64,000 nucleotides of DNA from an uncultured Coriobacteriia bacterium (GTDB lineage: Bacteria; Actinomycetota; Coriobacteriia; Anaerosomatales; PALSA-660). Shown here in pieces: positions 41,176 to 49,449 of this stretch (position 1 is the stretch's first letter; every line of letters begins with the position of its first letter). The DNA is taken from positions 129,021-193,020 of the forward strand of contig CAVSCJ010000007.1 in assembly GCA_963726435.1 (NCBI GenBank), in the 5' to 3' direction. A model generated the notes under the pieces. That model saw only the letters and a program-made list of their open reading frames with translations, did not search any database and had not been told where the DNA came from. A program made the translations under genes and the position numbers.

Positions 41176-41289
41176 GACACTGCCGCTTCTGCTCGAACAC
41201 ACGAAGGACGACAAGTTCATCACCACGCGACAGTGCCTCCAGAACATCTGGAAGGTCGCTGCCGCTGACGCCCTCTCTCAAGGAGAGCG

Positions 41290-41895
41290 TGCTCGCGCAT
41301 CTGGAGGAGCGGTACTCGGTCTACAACTACACGTACTACGTCCTCGGTGCCGCCCTGAACGTGTTCTTCGCCGTGTACGTGCTTGCCTTCGTCGTCTCCG
41401 CCGCATCACTGATCCTCGGTCTCGTGGGCAGACGCGGCGAAAGCCGCGAAGGCCTTCTCGGGCAACACTGCTCCGCGGATCATTGGCGGCTACTACGCCC
41501 TCTTTGCAGCGGTCCTTTCGGTGGTCTGGCTGGGCACGTGGGCCGCGTACGTGTTCGCGGGTCGCCCGACACCGCTCGAGACAGAGGCCTTCCACCTTGT
41601 TGCTGCCCTCGACATGACTCTCATGGTTCCAGTCCTGATGACCGCCGGGGTACTCCTGTGGCGACGCAGGCCATGGGGTTATGTCATTGCAGCGGTAGCG
41701 GGCATCCAGGCGTCGCTGTATCTGCTGGTCCTATCAGTGAACTCCGTGGTCGCTATCAGCCGCGGTCTCGCTGCCGCCCCGGGGGAACTCCCGATCTGGG
41801 GCACGCTCTTGGTGCTCACCTTCGCGGTTACGGCCTGGTTGGTGCGTGCATGCGATGCGCCTAACAGGGGCATCGAGCAGAACGCCGCAAGCTAG
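41290..41895 (+). pseudogene. Frameshifted paralogue of the 43158..44001 membrane protein
   Basis: YSVYNYTYYVLGAALNVFFAVYVLAFVVSAASL (frame of 40350) plus ORF 41521..41895. The latter carries LLWRRRPWGYVIAAV, compared with LWIWRRRAWGYVIGGM in the 43264 ORF. Confidence 0.5.
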
Positions 41896-41954
41896 ACTGC
41901 CCGAATTACGCATGCGGGTCTGCTCATGCCCAATACGTTGAACGGACGGAACCA

Positions 41955-42520
41955 GTGGACATGCTCCAGCAGCTCGCCTTCCAGCAAGTCCTGTCGCTCC
42001 AGCCACGTCCGACGTCCCTGCTCGAGGTCGGTTGCGGTGACGGCCGCTTCCTCCAGCGTCTCGCCGACTCGCTGCCGCTGGCCGACATCGTCGGGGTGGA
42101 CGTGTCGGAGGAGCGCCCTCGGCTAAGGCGGCGCGAGCGCTCGAAGGCCGGCCACGCGTACGAGTCATCAATGCGGCCGCGGAGCACCTGCCGCTGCCGT
42201 CGGACGGGTTCGACGTCGTGGTCGCGAACAAGTCGTTCCATCACTGGCGTGACTGGGGAGCCGGACTTCGCGAAGCGAACCGTGTCTTGCGGCCGCGCGG
42301 AGCTCTCATAATCGCGGACGCTCTCGCTGCCGGCGCGATCCGCCGTCCCTGGGTCAAGCGGGTGGTGGAGCTCATCGACGGCGGGCGTATCGTCGATGAG
42401 GCGACGTTCGATGCGCATGCTCGGCGCGGCGGGGTTCGCCACCGTCCGACGGATCCCGGATCCCACATCGAGCGGGATGCGGTTCGTCACCGTGGCGACG
42501 CCTTCGAAGGAGGCCTGATG
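41955..42520 (+). pseudogene. Class I SAM-dependent methyltransferase, multiply frameshifted
   Basis: LLEVGCGDGRFL (frame of 41955), DGFDVVVANKSFHHW...LRPRGALIIAD (frame of 42218) and MLGAAGFATVRRIP...SKEA* (third frame). Confidence 0.6.
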
Positions 42521-43123
42521 AGGTTGCGCTTCGGTCCCATCCCGGACGACCCGGGCTTCGCGCCGGAGGACGGGGACTGGGTCAAGCTCAGGGAGCCCTC
42601 GTTCGGCCGGATGCTGCTTCTGGCGCTCCCTCTGTCGGTGCTTCTCGTGATCGGTATCTGGATGGCTTGGGGAGCTGTCGCGTGGTTGAGGGGTATCGAG
42701 GGTGAGTCCGGCGGCGCGGTGACACTCGGGACCGCGCTTTCGTATCTGGGTGCGTTCGTCGCCCTGCTCTTCGTGCACGAGCTGCTGCACGCCGCTGCTC
42801 TGCCCGCCGCCGGTCTGAGCGCGGCCACGACGCTGGGGTTCTGGCCCAAGACGCTCACTCCGTACGTATCCTACGAGGGGGAGCTGTCGCGGACTCGGCA
42901 CGTCCTGGTGGGTGTCACGCCGTTTCTCGTCCTGTCGATCGTGCCGATCCTTGTCGGTCTGTGCTTCTCCGTGGTGCCCCCATGGGCGGTGGCTATCGGC
43001 GTGGTCAACGCGTTCGGTGCGTCCGGCGACCTGATCGGCGTGGGCGTTCTCGTGTCCCAGGCCCCGTCGTCGGCCGTCGTTCGCAGCAAGGGCCAGGAGA
43101 CGTGGTGGCGTCGAGCGGCGTAG
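42518..43123 (+). CDS. DUF3267-like putative membrane zincin peptidase
   Basis: ATG 42518 follows GAAGGAGG. HELLHA motif at the end of a TM segment. Four TM segments. Confidence 0.6.
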   Translation: MRLRFGPIPDDPGFAPEDGDWVKLREPSFGRMLLLALPLSVLLVIGIWMAWGAVAWLRGIEGESGGAVTLGTALSYLGAFVALLFVHELLHAAALPAAGLSAATTLGFWPKTLTPYVSYEGELSRTRHVLVGVTPFLVLSIVPILVGLCFSVVPPWAVAIGVVNAFGASGDLIGVGVLVSQAPSSAVVRSKGQETWWRRAA

Positions 43124-43157
43124 AGATCGAATCGTAGGATCGGGACTGGGGGTTTCC

Positions 43158-44001
43158 ATGAAGTCGTCAGAGTCACCTGCGCTCGGCCGCGCCACCTACG
43201 CCGTGTCGGCCGCCCTCGCGGCAGTCGCCGCGCTGACCTCGGGCGCCAGCTTCTTCTTCTGGCATGTGTTTGCGGCGCGATGTGCCGATGACGGTGGGCA
43301 ACATGAGGGGTACCGCCCTGGCCGTGCTCGTCATAGCGGTGCCACTGCTCGTCGGCTCGATGATGCTGTCCTCGCGCGGGTCTCTGCGGGCCCGGTTCGT
43401 CTGGCTCGGGGCTGTTGCCTACATCGCCTACAACGCGGTCATGTTCTGCTTCGCGCTGCAGTTCAACTCGTTCTTCCTGCTGTTCGCCGCGCTGCTGGCG
43501 CTGTCCTTCTGGGCGTTGGTGACGCTGCTCGTGCGATTCGACCTTGCCGCGGCGTCGGCAGGCGGGGCGGGCGTTCCGGCCCGCACCATCGCCGTGTACA
43601 TGCTGGTGTGCCTCGCTCTGTTCGCCATGATGTGGTTGCGTGACATCATCCCGGCGACAATCGGCAACGTCCTTCCGGCCGCCTTCAAGGGGACCGGCCT
43701 CACCCAGAACCCGATATATGTGCTCGACTTCGCGTTCACTTTTCCGCTGCTTGCCGTCGGCGCGCTGTGGATCTGGCGACGGCGCGCATGGGGCTACGTG
43801 ATCGGCGGGATGATGGTCGTCTCGCTGACGATCGAGACGGCGGGCATCGCCATCGACCAGTGGTTCGGGAACCTGCACGACCCGTCGGCCCCGCTCGACG
43901 CCGTGCCGATCATGGGCGTGCTCACCGTCGTCGGGCTCGTGTTCTCGGCGCTGTTCCTGCGGGGGATGAGTGCCAGACGGGATGTCCCACTCCGAGACTG
44001 A
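43158..44001 (+). CDS. Polytopic membrane protein, frameshifted near 43265-43275
   Basis: The N-terminus (ORF 43158..) and the body (ORF 43264..44001) are in adjacent frames. It has a paralogue at 41290-41895. Confidence 0.55.
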
Positions 44002-44055
44002 CGCTTGTGGGTGCCTGCAGGCCACCGGACACACCCCGGCGCCCAGTTGCGACGC

Positions 44056-44158
44056 GGGGCGGGAGTTGCGACGCTAGCGGGGCAGCGAGAGTCGGTGGGT
44101 AGTACGATGAATCGAGGGATCTGCGGCGCTATACAGACCGCTGAATGACTGGTTAGGC
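44056..44158 (+). repeat. About 105-bp repeat, copy 1, ending in a GTTAGGC core at a cassette boundary
   Basis: Aligns with 48068-48176. Shared core GTACG.TGA.TCGAGGGATCTG.GG.GCT..CAGACCGCTGAAT.AC..GTT.G. It is preceded by the direct repeat AGTTGCGACGC x2 (44045-44055 and 44064-44074). Confidence 0.7.
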
Positions 44159-44210
44159 GGACAGGGGTTTGGAGCAAACCTCAGCCGGGACCGATTGAAG
44201 GGACTCGGCC

Positions 44211-44817
44211 ATGCGTGAGCTGATCGTCACAACCTTCCTGACCCTCGACGGAGTCATGCAAGCTCCGGGTGCACCGCACGAGGACGAGGAGAGAGGTTTC
44301 GCCCTTGGTGGCTGGCAGGCCAGCTACCCGGACGACGTGGGGGCAGCGGTGTTGGCGGCCTTCATGGAAGAGCCGTTCGACCTGCTGCTGGGACGCAAGA
44401 CCTACGACATCTTCGCTGCTTACTGGCCCTACCACGTTGATGGATCGATTGGAAGGAAGTTCGGAGAGGCCACCAAGTACGTGGCGTCGCGCGGCGCTCC
44501 GGGCTCTTCCGTGGGAGCGGTCGGTGCTACTCGAGAACGATGTCGCCCAATCCATCGCGGAGCTGAAGAGTCAAGACGGTCCGCAGCTGCACGTCTACGG
44601 CAGCGGCGACCTCATACAGACCCTCAGAGTTCACGATCTTGTCGATCGCTATCTGCTGTGGATCCATCCAGTCGTACTCGGATCCGGAAAACGTCTCTTC
44701 CCCGAGGGCACCTGCCCGGGTGCGCTACGGCTCGTGGACAGTCAGGTATCCACGACCGGGGTCATGATCGGCAGCTATGAGCCGTCCGGCGAGGTCGTTA
44801 CTGGGACGATTGAGTGA
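44211..44817 (+). CDS. RibD C-terminal-domain (dihydrofolate reductase-like) protein, frameshifted near 44480-44500
   Basis: MRELIVTTFLTLDGVMQAPG...LLLGRKTYDIF (ORF 44211) continues as LHVYGSGDLIQTLRVHDLVDRYLLWIHPVVLGSGKRLF (ORF 44269). Confidence 0.75.
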
Positions 44818-44834
44818 ACCTGCACGCGGGTGCC

Positions 44835-44938
44835 GCCTAACCAGCGCTTCCAGCAGACAATACGCCGCCAGCAGGGTAGGTTCGGGCACTACGCGCAGCT
44901 CGGCGGCGTATTGCAGCTGAAGCGCAACAACGTCAGGC
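44835..44938 (+). repeat. attC site
   Basis: R'' GCCTAAC (44835-41). Inner arms GCGCTTCCAGCAGACAATACGCCGCC / GGCGGCGTATTGCAGCTGAAGCGC with bulges. R' GTCAGGC (44932-38). CCGCCTAAC is the complement of the cassette start GTTAGGCGG at 44152. Confidence 0.85.
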
Positions 44939-44987
44939 CGACAGAGGGAGCCCCGCGCGCAAGGCCGTCCGAGAAGGGGTTGGCGCC

Positions 44988-45605
44988 ATGAGACGCGTCT
45001 TGGCCTGGGCCAGCATCATCGGCGCATCGTTCTTCCTTGTCGCAGCCGTCGCTCTTCACATTCTGGCGCCGGAGGTCGATCCGATGCGCTATGGGTTGAG
45101 CTTCTACGCGCACTCGCGCTTTGGCTTCCTGATCGATCTTGCGATCGTGCTCATGGGCGTCTCGGCAATCACCCTGGCGCTTGCCTTGTGGCCGGCCAAG
45201 CCGTCAACCGCGGGCCGCCTCGGGTTGCTTCTCCTCATGGCCTTCGGGGTCACCGAGTTCGTGGCGGGCTTCTTCCCGGTTGACGCGCCGGGGGCTTCTC
45301 CAAGCCTCGCAGGTTCCATCCACAGCATCGCGGGCTACAACTTCCTTCTTGTTGTCGCTGCTGTCCTGCTCGTCGAGAAGAGTCGTTCCACGGACGGCGA
45401 CCCCGGTCATCCACGGCCGATCACTGTCCTGTTCGCGTGGCTCTTTCTCGCCTCCACGGTGCTCCTCTTCACGTTCAACGGCCCCCTCGTGGCGCTCGGC
45501 ATCGGGGGCGCCATTCAGCGCGTGTTCTTCGTGGTGCTGATCGCGTGGATCCTGCTCAAGGCCATGCCGCTTGTGCGGACTGAGGCGCCAAACTTGGCCG
45601 CCTAG
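44988..45605 (+). CDS. DUF998-like polytopic membrane protein
   Basis: 205-aa ORF with six hydrophobic segments. Family assignment is by pattern only. Confidence 0.5.
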   Translation: MRRVLAWASIIGASFFLVAAVALHILAPEVDPMRYGLSFYAHSRFGFLIDLAIVLMGVSAITLALALWPAKPSTAGRLGLLLLMAFGVTEFVAGFFPVDAPGASPSLAGSIHSIAGYNFLLVVAAVLLVEKSRSTDGDPGHPRPITVLFAWLFLASTVLLFTFNGPLVALGIGGAIQRVFFVVLIAWILLKAMPLVRTEAPNLAA

Positions 45606-45961
45606 TCCCGGGCGGCTTGACCAGCGGTCGAAGTGGGCGACCTCGCGGACACGTTCATCGAGGGACGGAAGCAGCCCGCGAGCGTCTTCTTCGAGACCGC
45701 GTGCGGCTATTCCCGTGGGGGCACGGTTACCTACACCAAGGACGGGATCGTCGCAGCGACGATCTACATCGCCCCGCCCGCCGGGCCCTAGCCGGGACGG
45801 GCCGTCGCCAGCGGGATCGCGGCGCCCCGGCGGCCGGACCGCCGTGGGTGATCGCCGATGGCTCCGCTCGCTCGGCACGCATCGAGGGCGGGGAATCGTC
45901 GGGGGACGGTTCGGCTCGTGTCAGGCCCGCGCGCGACGCTGAACTCGGCGGTCGTCCGCGT

Positions 45962-46000
45962 GGGTTGTCACTTGACAACCCACTCTAGGCCGCGTAGCCT
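45962..46000 (+). promoter_or_regulatory. Sigma70-like promoter embedded in a perfect palindrome
   Basis: GGGTTGTCA-CT-TGACAACCC (45962-45981) contains TTGACA (45972-77). After a 17-nt spacer comes TAGCCT (45995-46000). It lies 22 nt upstream of the 46022 ORF. Confidence 0.55.
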
Positions 46001-46021
46001 CCGGAAAGGGAACGAGCACAC

Positions 46022-46285
46022 GTGGCCAGAAGGCGACATCCCGATCCCCACATAGAAGGCGCCCTGCGACATGCGGAGCGGAAGGGCTGGCGGGTCGAGC
46101 CGACGGGCAAGAGCTCGCACGCGTGGGGTCGACTCTACTGCCCGCACAACGATCCCTACTGCCGGTGTGGCGAGTTCTGTGTGACGAGCATCAGCGGGAC
46201 GCCGCGCGATCCCGAGAACCAGGCCCGGCAGATCGTGCGCAGGGTCGACGCCTGCAGTGGCGGCAAGTCCGCTGAAGAGGACTGA
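46022..46285 (+). CDS. Small Cys-rich HicA-like protein (putative toxin)
   Basis: KGWRVEPTGKSSHAWGRLYCP...CRCGEFCV. The resemblance to the YcfA/HicA fold is by motif only. Confidence 0.45.
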   Translation: MARRRHPDPHIEGALRHAERKGWRVEPTGKSSHAWGRLYCPHNDPYCRCGEFCVTSISGTPRDPENQARQIVRRVDACSGGKSAEED

Positions 46286-46294
46286 GAGCGGGAG

Positions 46295-46834
46295 GTGCAA
46301 GGACCGATGAAGGAATACGAGTTCACGCTGCGCTTCACGCTGCCCTCGGTCGATGGCGACCTCGATGATCTCGTCGAGCGACTCGGCGAGGGCGGATGCG
46401 ACGACGCTCTCGTCGGCATCGGGCATCCGGGGCGCATCGCCCTCGACTTCACCCGGAACGCGGATTCGGCTTCCGAGGCCGTCTTCAGCGCTGTCGCCGA
46501 TGTCTCGCGTGCGTTGCCCGGCGCGACGCTTGCGGAGGTCGCGCCCGACCTGGTCGGCATCACGGACGTGGCGGATCTGGTCGGCTGCTCGCGGCAGAAC
46601 ATCCGGCAGATGATGATCGCCGCCGGGTCCGGGGCGCCGGTGCCGGTCCATGAGGGCAGCCCGTCCGTGTGGCATCTCGCGCCCGTGCTCAGCTGGCTCG
46701 CGCTCGCGAAGGGCTATCGAGTCGAGCAGTCGCTGCTGGACGTCGCGTCGATCGCGATGCAGCTCAACCTCGCCATCGATGCCCGCTGCGCCGACTCCGT
46801 GGTTCAGGAACAGATCCGGACGCTTCTCGCGTAG
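46295..46834 (+). CDS. DNA-binding protein (HicB-like N-terminal half plus excisionase-type HTH), putative antitoxin/regulator
   Basis: KEYEFTLRFTLP... then ITDVADLVGCSRQNIRQM. It starts 9 nt after the preceding ORF. Confidence 0.5.
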   Translation: MQGPMKEYEFTLRFTLPSVDGDLDDLVERLGEGGCDDALVGIGHPGRIALDFTRNADSASEAVFSAVADVSRALPGATLAEVAPDLVGITDVADLVGCSRQNIRQMMIAAGSGAPVPVHEGSPSVWHLAPVLSWLALAKGYRVEQSLLDVASIAMQLNLAIDARCADSVVQEQIRTLLA

Positions 46835-46988
46835 GCGTGCTGCGGTCCGCGCTTCACTCGTTTCCCTGCGCCACGCACGCCATCTCCGTTTCTTCACCAA
46901 ATCTCGGACAAATAGCATATTCTGGTACACGGACCGGAGCGGGGAGGACTTCGGCCTTCAGTCGAATATGCGAAATGTGAGGTGGACT

Positions 46989-48044
46989 ATGCCCCCAAGA
47001 CTGTCTGCCCAGGCGCCCCGAGAGTGGATCGCGCGCCATCCGCTGGCCAGCTTCATCGTCTTGGCCTACGCGATCTCCTGGACAGCGTGGCCGCTGTCGT
47101 ACGTGTTCGATCTCGGTGTGAGCAACGGGTTCGGCATCATCGGATCACTCGGCCCCGCGCTGGCTGCAGTGATCGTCTGCGCCCTGGCGAGTTCCGAGAA
47201 GTCGGAGCCCAGTCGTAGCAGGTGGTGGCTGTTCGCGGGTGCCGGCGCGTTCGCCTTGGCGGTCATGGTGCTGCGCAGACTGTGGATCACCCCGGCATGG
47301 TTGGCTGTCGCCGGCAAGGTCACGACCACGTCCGCCTTCCCCACGCCGATGGCCCTGCCCGTCGATGTGCTGGCCGCGGTCGCCGTGGCACTCATCATCT
47401 CGGGAGTCCGCTCCCGGCGACCGGGCGTCCGTGGCCTTCTGCGCTCACTCGACCTGCGCGCCTACCCCGTGAGGTGGTACTGGTGGGCCATCGCGATAGG
47501 GGCGTACCCGGTCGTCATGGTCGTGAGTGCAGCCGCCTCGTCACAGCTCGGGCTGCCCGTGTCGGTCCCGCAGCTGTCCGGAGTGTGGTACCTGCTCGCG
47601 CTGGATGTGGTCCTGACTCTTCTGTACCTCATGATCGGCGGAGGCGGTCTCGAGGAGCCGGGGTGGCGCGGCCTCGCGCTGCCCTTGCTGCAGAAGCGCA
47701 GTCGGCCCTTGCGCGCCAGCCTCATCCTGGCTGTGATCTGGGCGCTGTGGCACTTGCCGTTGCTGCTGCTCGAGGGCGCTTCGCCGGTCGCCATCGTTCC
47801 CTACCTGCTGCTGGAAGTCGTCCCGCTCGCGATCCTGTTCACCGCGGTGTTCGGCCTGACCAAGGGCAGTCTCCCGGTGGTCATCCTGCTGCACGCCTCG
47901 ATCAACGTCGCGCCGATCTTCCTGCCGACCGCAGGGATCGGGACGATCGTGTTCCTGGTTCTCATGATCGGCGTGGCGGTCTGGATGTGGCGATCTCCCC
48001 AGACGTTCGCGGCAGGCGGATCGAGTGTTGCCCTGCAAGACTGA
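46989..48044 (+). CDS. CPBP (CAAX/Abi-type) intramembrane metalloprotease
   Basis: GGGLEEPGWRGLALPLL, IWALWHLPLL, LLHASIN. ATG 46989. Confidence 0.75.
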   Translation: MPPRLSAQAPREWIARHPLASFIVLAYAISWTAWPLSYVFDLGVSNGFGIIGSLGPALAAVIVCALASSEKSEPSRSRWWLFAGAGAFALAVMVLRRLWITPAWLAVAGKVTTTSAFPTPMALPVDVLAAVAVALIISGVRSRRPGVRGLLRSLDLRAYPVRWYWWAIAIGAYPVVMVVSAAASSQLGLPVSVPQLSGVWYLLALDVVLTLLYLMIGGGGLEEPGWRGLALPLLQKRSRPLRASLILAVIWALWHLPLLLLEGASPVAIVPYLLLEVVPLAILFTAVFGLTKGSLPVVILLHASINVAPIFLPTAGIGTIVFLVLMIGVAVWMWRSPQTFAAGGSSVALQD

Positions 48045-48067
48045 CGAGCGAGATCCGCCACGGCGGA

Positions 48068-48176
48068 GGGGCGGGTCTGCGTCGTGTAAGGCTAGCCGGG
48101 TAGTGAGAGTGGGCTGGTGGTACGCTGAGTCGAGGGATCTGGGGTGCTGCGCAGACCGCTGAATCACCAGTTGGAG
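48068..48176 (+). repeat. About 105-bp repeat, copy 2, ending in GTTGGAG at a cassette boundary
   Basis: See copy 1. The terminal GTTGGAGCG matches the complement of CGCTCTAAC (48656-64), the attC start of the next cassette, with one mismatch. Confidence 0.7.
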
Positions 48177-48189
48177 CGAATGGGATGAC

Positions 48190-48663
48190 GTGGCGGGTGT
48201 CGAGATACGAGCTGCCAGCGCTTCGGAGGCATGCGCGCTGACAGAGCTCGCGCAGGCAGCGAAGGCTCACTGGGGATACGAGCCGTCGCTGCTCGACCTG
48301 TGGGCCCCGCAACTCACTCTCACGCCGGACTACATCTGCGCTCATGATGTCTGGGTTGCGTCCATGGGGGATGGTGCCGTCGGATTCTACGCACTTGAGT
48401 CGCGCGACAGTGTCATGGAGTTGGAGCATCTGTGGGTGAATCCGCGCTGGATGGGGCAGGGGATCGGGCGCGCGCTGTTCGAGCACGCCGTCCTGCGAGC
48501 GCGGGCGGCATGCGCGGTGCAACTGCGTGTCGTGTCGGACCCGAACGCGGAGAGGTTCTACCTGCGGATGGGAGCGCGCCGCGTCGGTCAGCAGGAGTCG
48601 ACGCCTAAGGGTCGACAGCTACCGGTGCTGCTGCTCGACCTTGCCGGTGGCCCATCGCTCTAA
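48190..48663 (+). CDS. GNAT N-acetyltransferase (cassette)
   Basis: LWVNPRWMGQGIGRALFEHAV, FYLRMG. The stop codon TAA lies inside R'' of its attC. Confidence 0.8.
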   Translation: MAGVEIRAASASEACALTELAQAAKAHWGYEPSLLDLWAPQLTLTPDYICAHDVWVASMGDGAVGFYALESRDSVMELEHLWVNPRWMGQGIGRALFEHAVLRARAACAVQLRVVSDPNAERFYLRMGARRVGQQESTPKGRQLPVLLLDLAGGPSL

Positions 48664-48755
48664 CACGCGCATCCAGCAGACTCGGCGCTCGCAATGTAGA
48701 CTCGGCTCGACAGCGGATCGCTGCGCCTCGCAGCTGATGCGCTACAACGTCAGGC
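48658..48755 (+). repeat. attC site
   Basis: CTCTAAC...GCGCATCCAGCAG / CGCAGCTGATGCGC...GTCAGGC. Confidence 0.8.
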
Positions 48756-48778
48756 CGAACGACCAGGCAGGTTGCTGA

Positions 48779-49330
48779 GTGAGCATCCGAATCTCTAATC
48801 CAGATGAGACTCTGCGCGACGCGTTCCTGCGCATGCTCGACGACTACGATGCCCGTGATGCGCTCAACTCCGAGCGCTTCTCGAGTGCGCGTTCCGACTT
48901 CAGCGCATACGTAACGGGTCTGCGGGATGAGGAACGCGGACTTGGACTGGAAGACGGTTTCGTGCCCTGTTCTCATCGATGGCTGCTGGATGAGCAGGGC
49001 GAGCTTGTTGCCATCGTGCGTGTCCGGCACAGCCTCGACCACCCGTTTCTGGCCGAGCAGGGCGGACATATCGGCTATGACGTTCCCCCGTCATCGCGCG
49101 GGCGCGGCCATGGTAGCGCAGCTCTTCGAGCTGGATTGGCACGAGCGCACGAGCTTGGTCTGACGCGTGTGCTTGTGTGTGCTTCGGCGAACAACTCAGC
49201 GTCGTGCGCCGTGATCGAGAGTTGCGGCGGACTACTCGAGAGGGAACTCCATTCGGACCATTTCGGCTGCGTTGTCCGCCGGTACTGGATTGAGCTCTTG
49301 CCAACGGCGAGCAGCGGCGAGCCGGCCTAA
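48779..49330 (+). CDS. GNAT-like acetyltransferase (cassette), paralogue of 50832..51377
   Basis: GGHIGYDVPPSSRGRGHGSAAL. The TAA stop lies inside R''. Confidence 0.7.
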   Translation: MSIRISNPDETLRDAFLRMLDDYDARDALNSERFSSARSDFSAYVTGLRDEERGLGLEDGFVPCSHRWLLDEQGELVAIVRVRHSLDHPFLAEQGGHIGYDVPPSSRGRGHGSAALRAGLARAHELGLTRVLVCASANNSASCAVIESCGGLLERELHSDHFGCVVRRYWIELLPTASSGEPA

Positions 49331-49412
49331 CAGGCGGATCAAGCTGGCGGCCAGGAGGTGTACGCTCTGAGAGAGGCGGAGAAGCCGCAGCTTATCCGCT
49401 AGCACGTTAGGC
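49325..49412 (+). repeat. attC site
   Basis: GCCTAAC...GCGGATCAAGCTGGCGGC / GCCGCAGCTTATCCGC...GTTAGGC, with two bulged bases. Confidence 0.85.
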
Positions 49413-49449
49413 GGTCGCCGCCAAGCGGCGTTGAGTCGGGGAGGGCACG

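Noticed and set aside
45633-45791. 52-codon ORF (VGDLADTFIEGRKQPASVFFETACGYSRGGTVTYTKDGIVAATIYIAPPAGP) downstream of the DUF998-like gene.
   Set aside because: The composition looks protein-like and it may be a C-terminal gene remnant. However, it has no RBS, a GTG start only and no recognisable family, so support is insufficient for a feature call.
45920-45926. GTCAGGC core-like heptamer in the 45.6-46.0 kb intergenic region.
   Set aside because: There is no matching RYYYAAC or inner palindrome upstream. An isolated heptamer is expected by chance in this composition.
47853-47859. GCCTGAC inside the CPBP gene, considered as a possible R'' partner for the 105-bp repeat copy 2.
   Set aside because: It lies about 320 bp from the GTT core, inside conserved coding sequence (FGLTKG), with no pairing arms. 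That is too long and unstructured for an attC.
44056-48176. The 105-bp repeat as a known riboswitch or ribozyme (TPP, ZTP, guanidine, hammerhead and group II intron domain V were considered).
   Set aside because: I could not match the conserved nucleotides of any of these classes by eye, and two copies are too few to establish covariation. It is reported only as an unexplained repeat.
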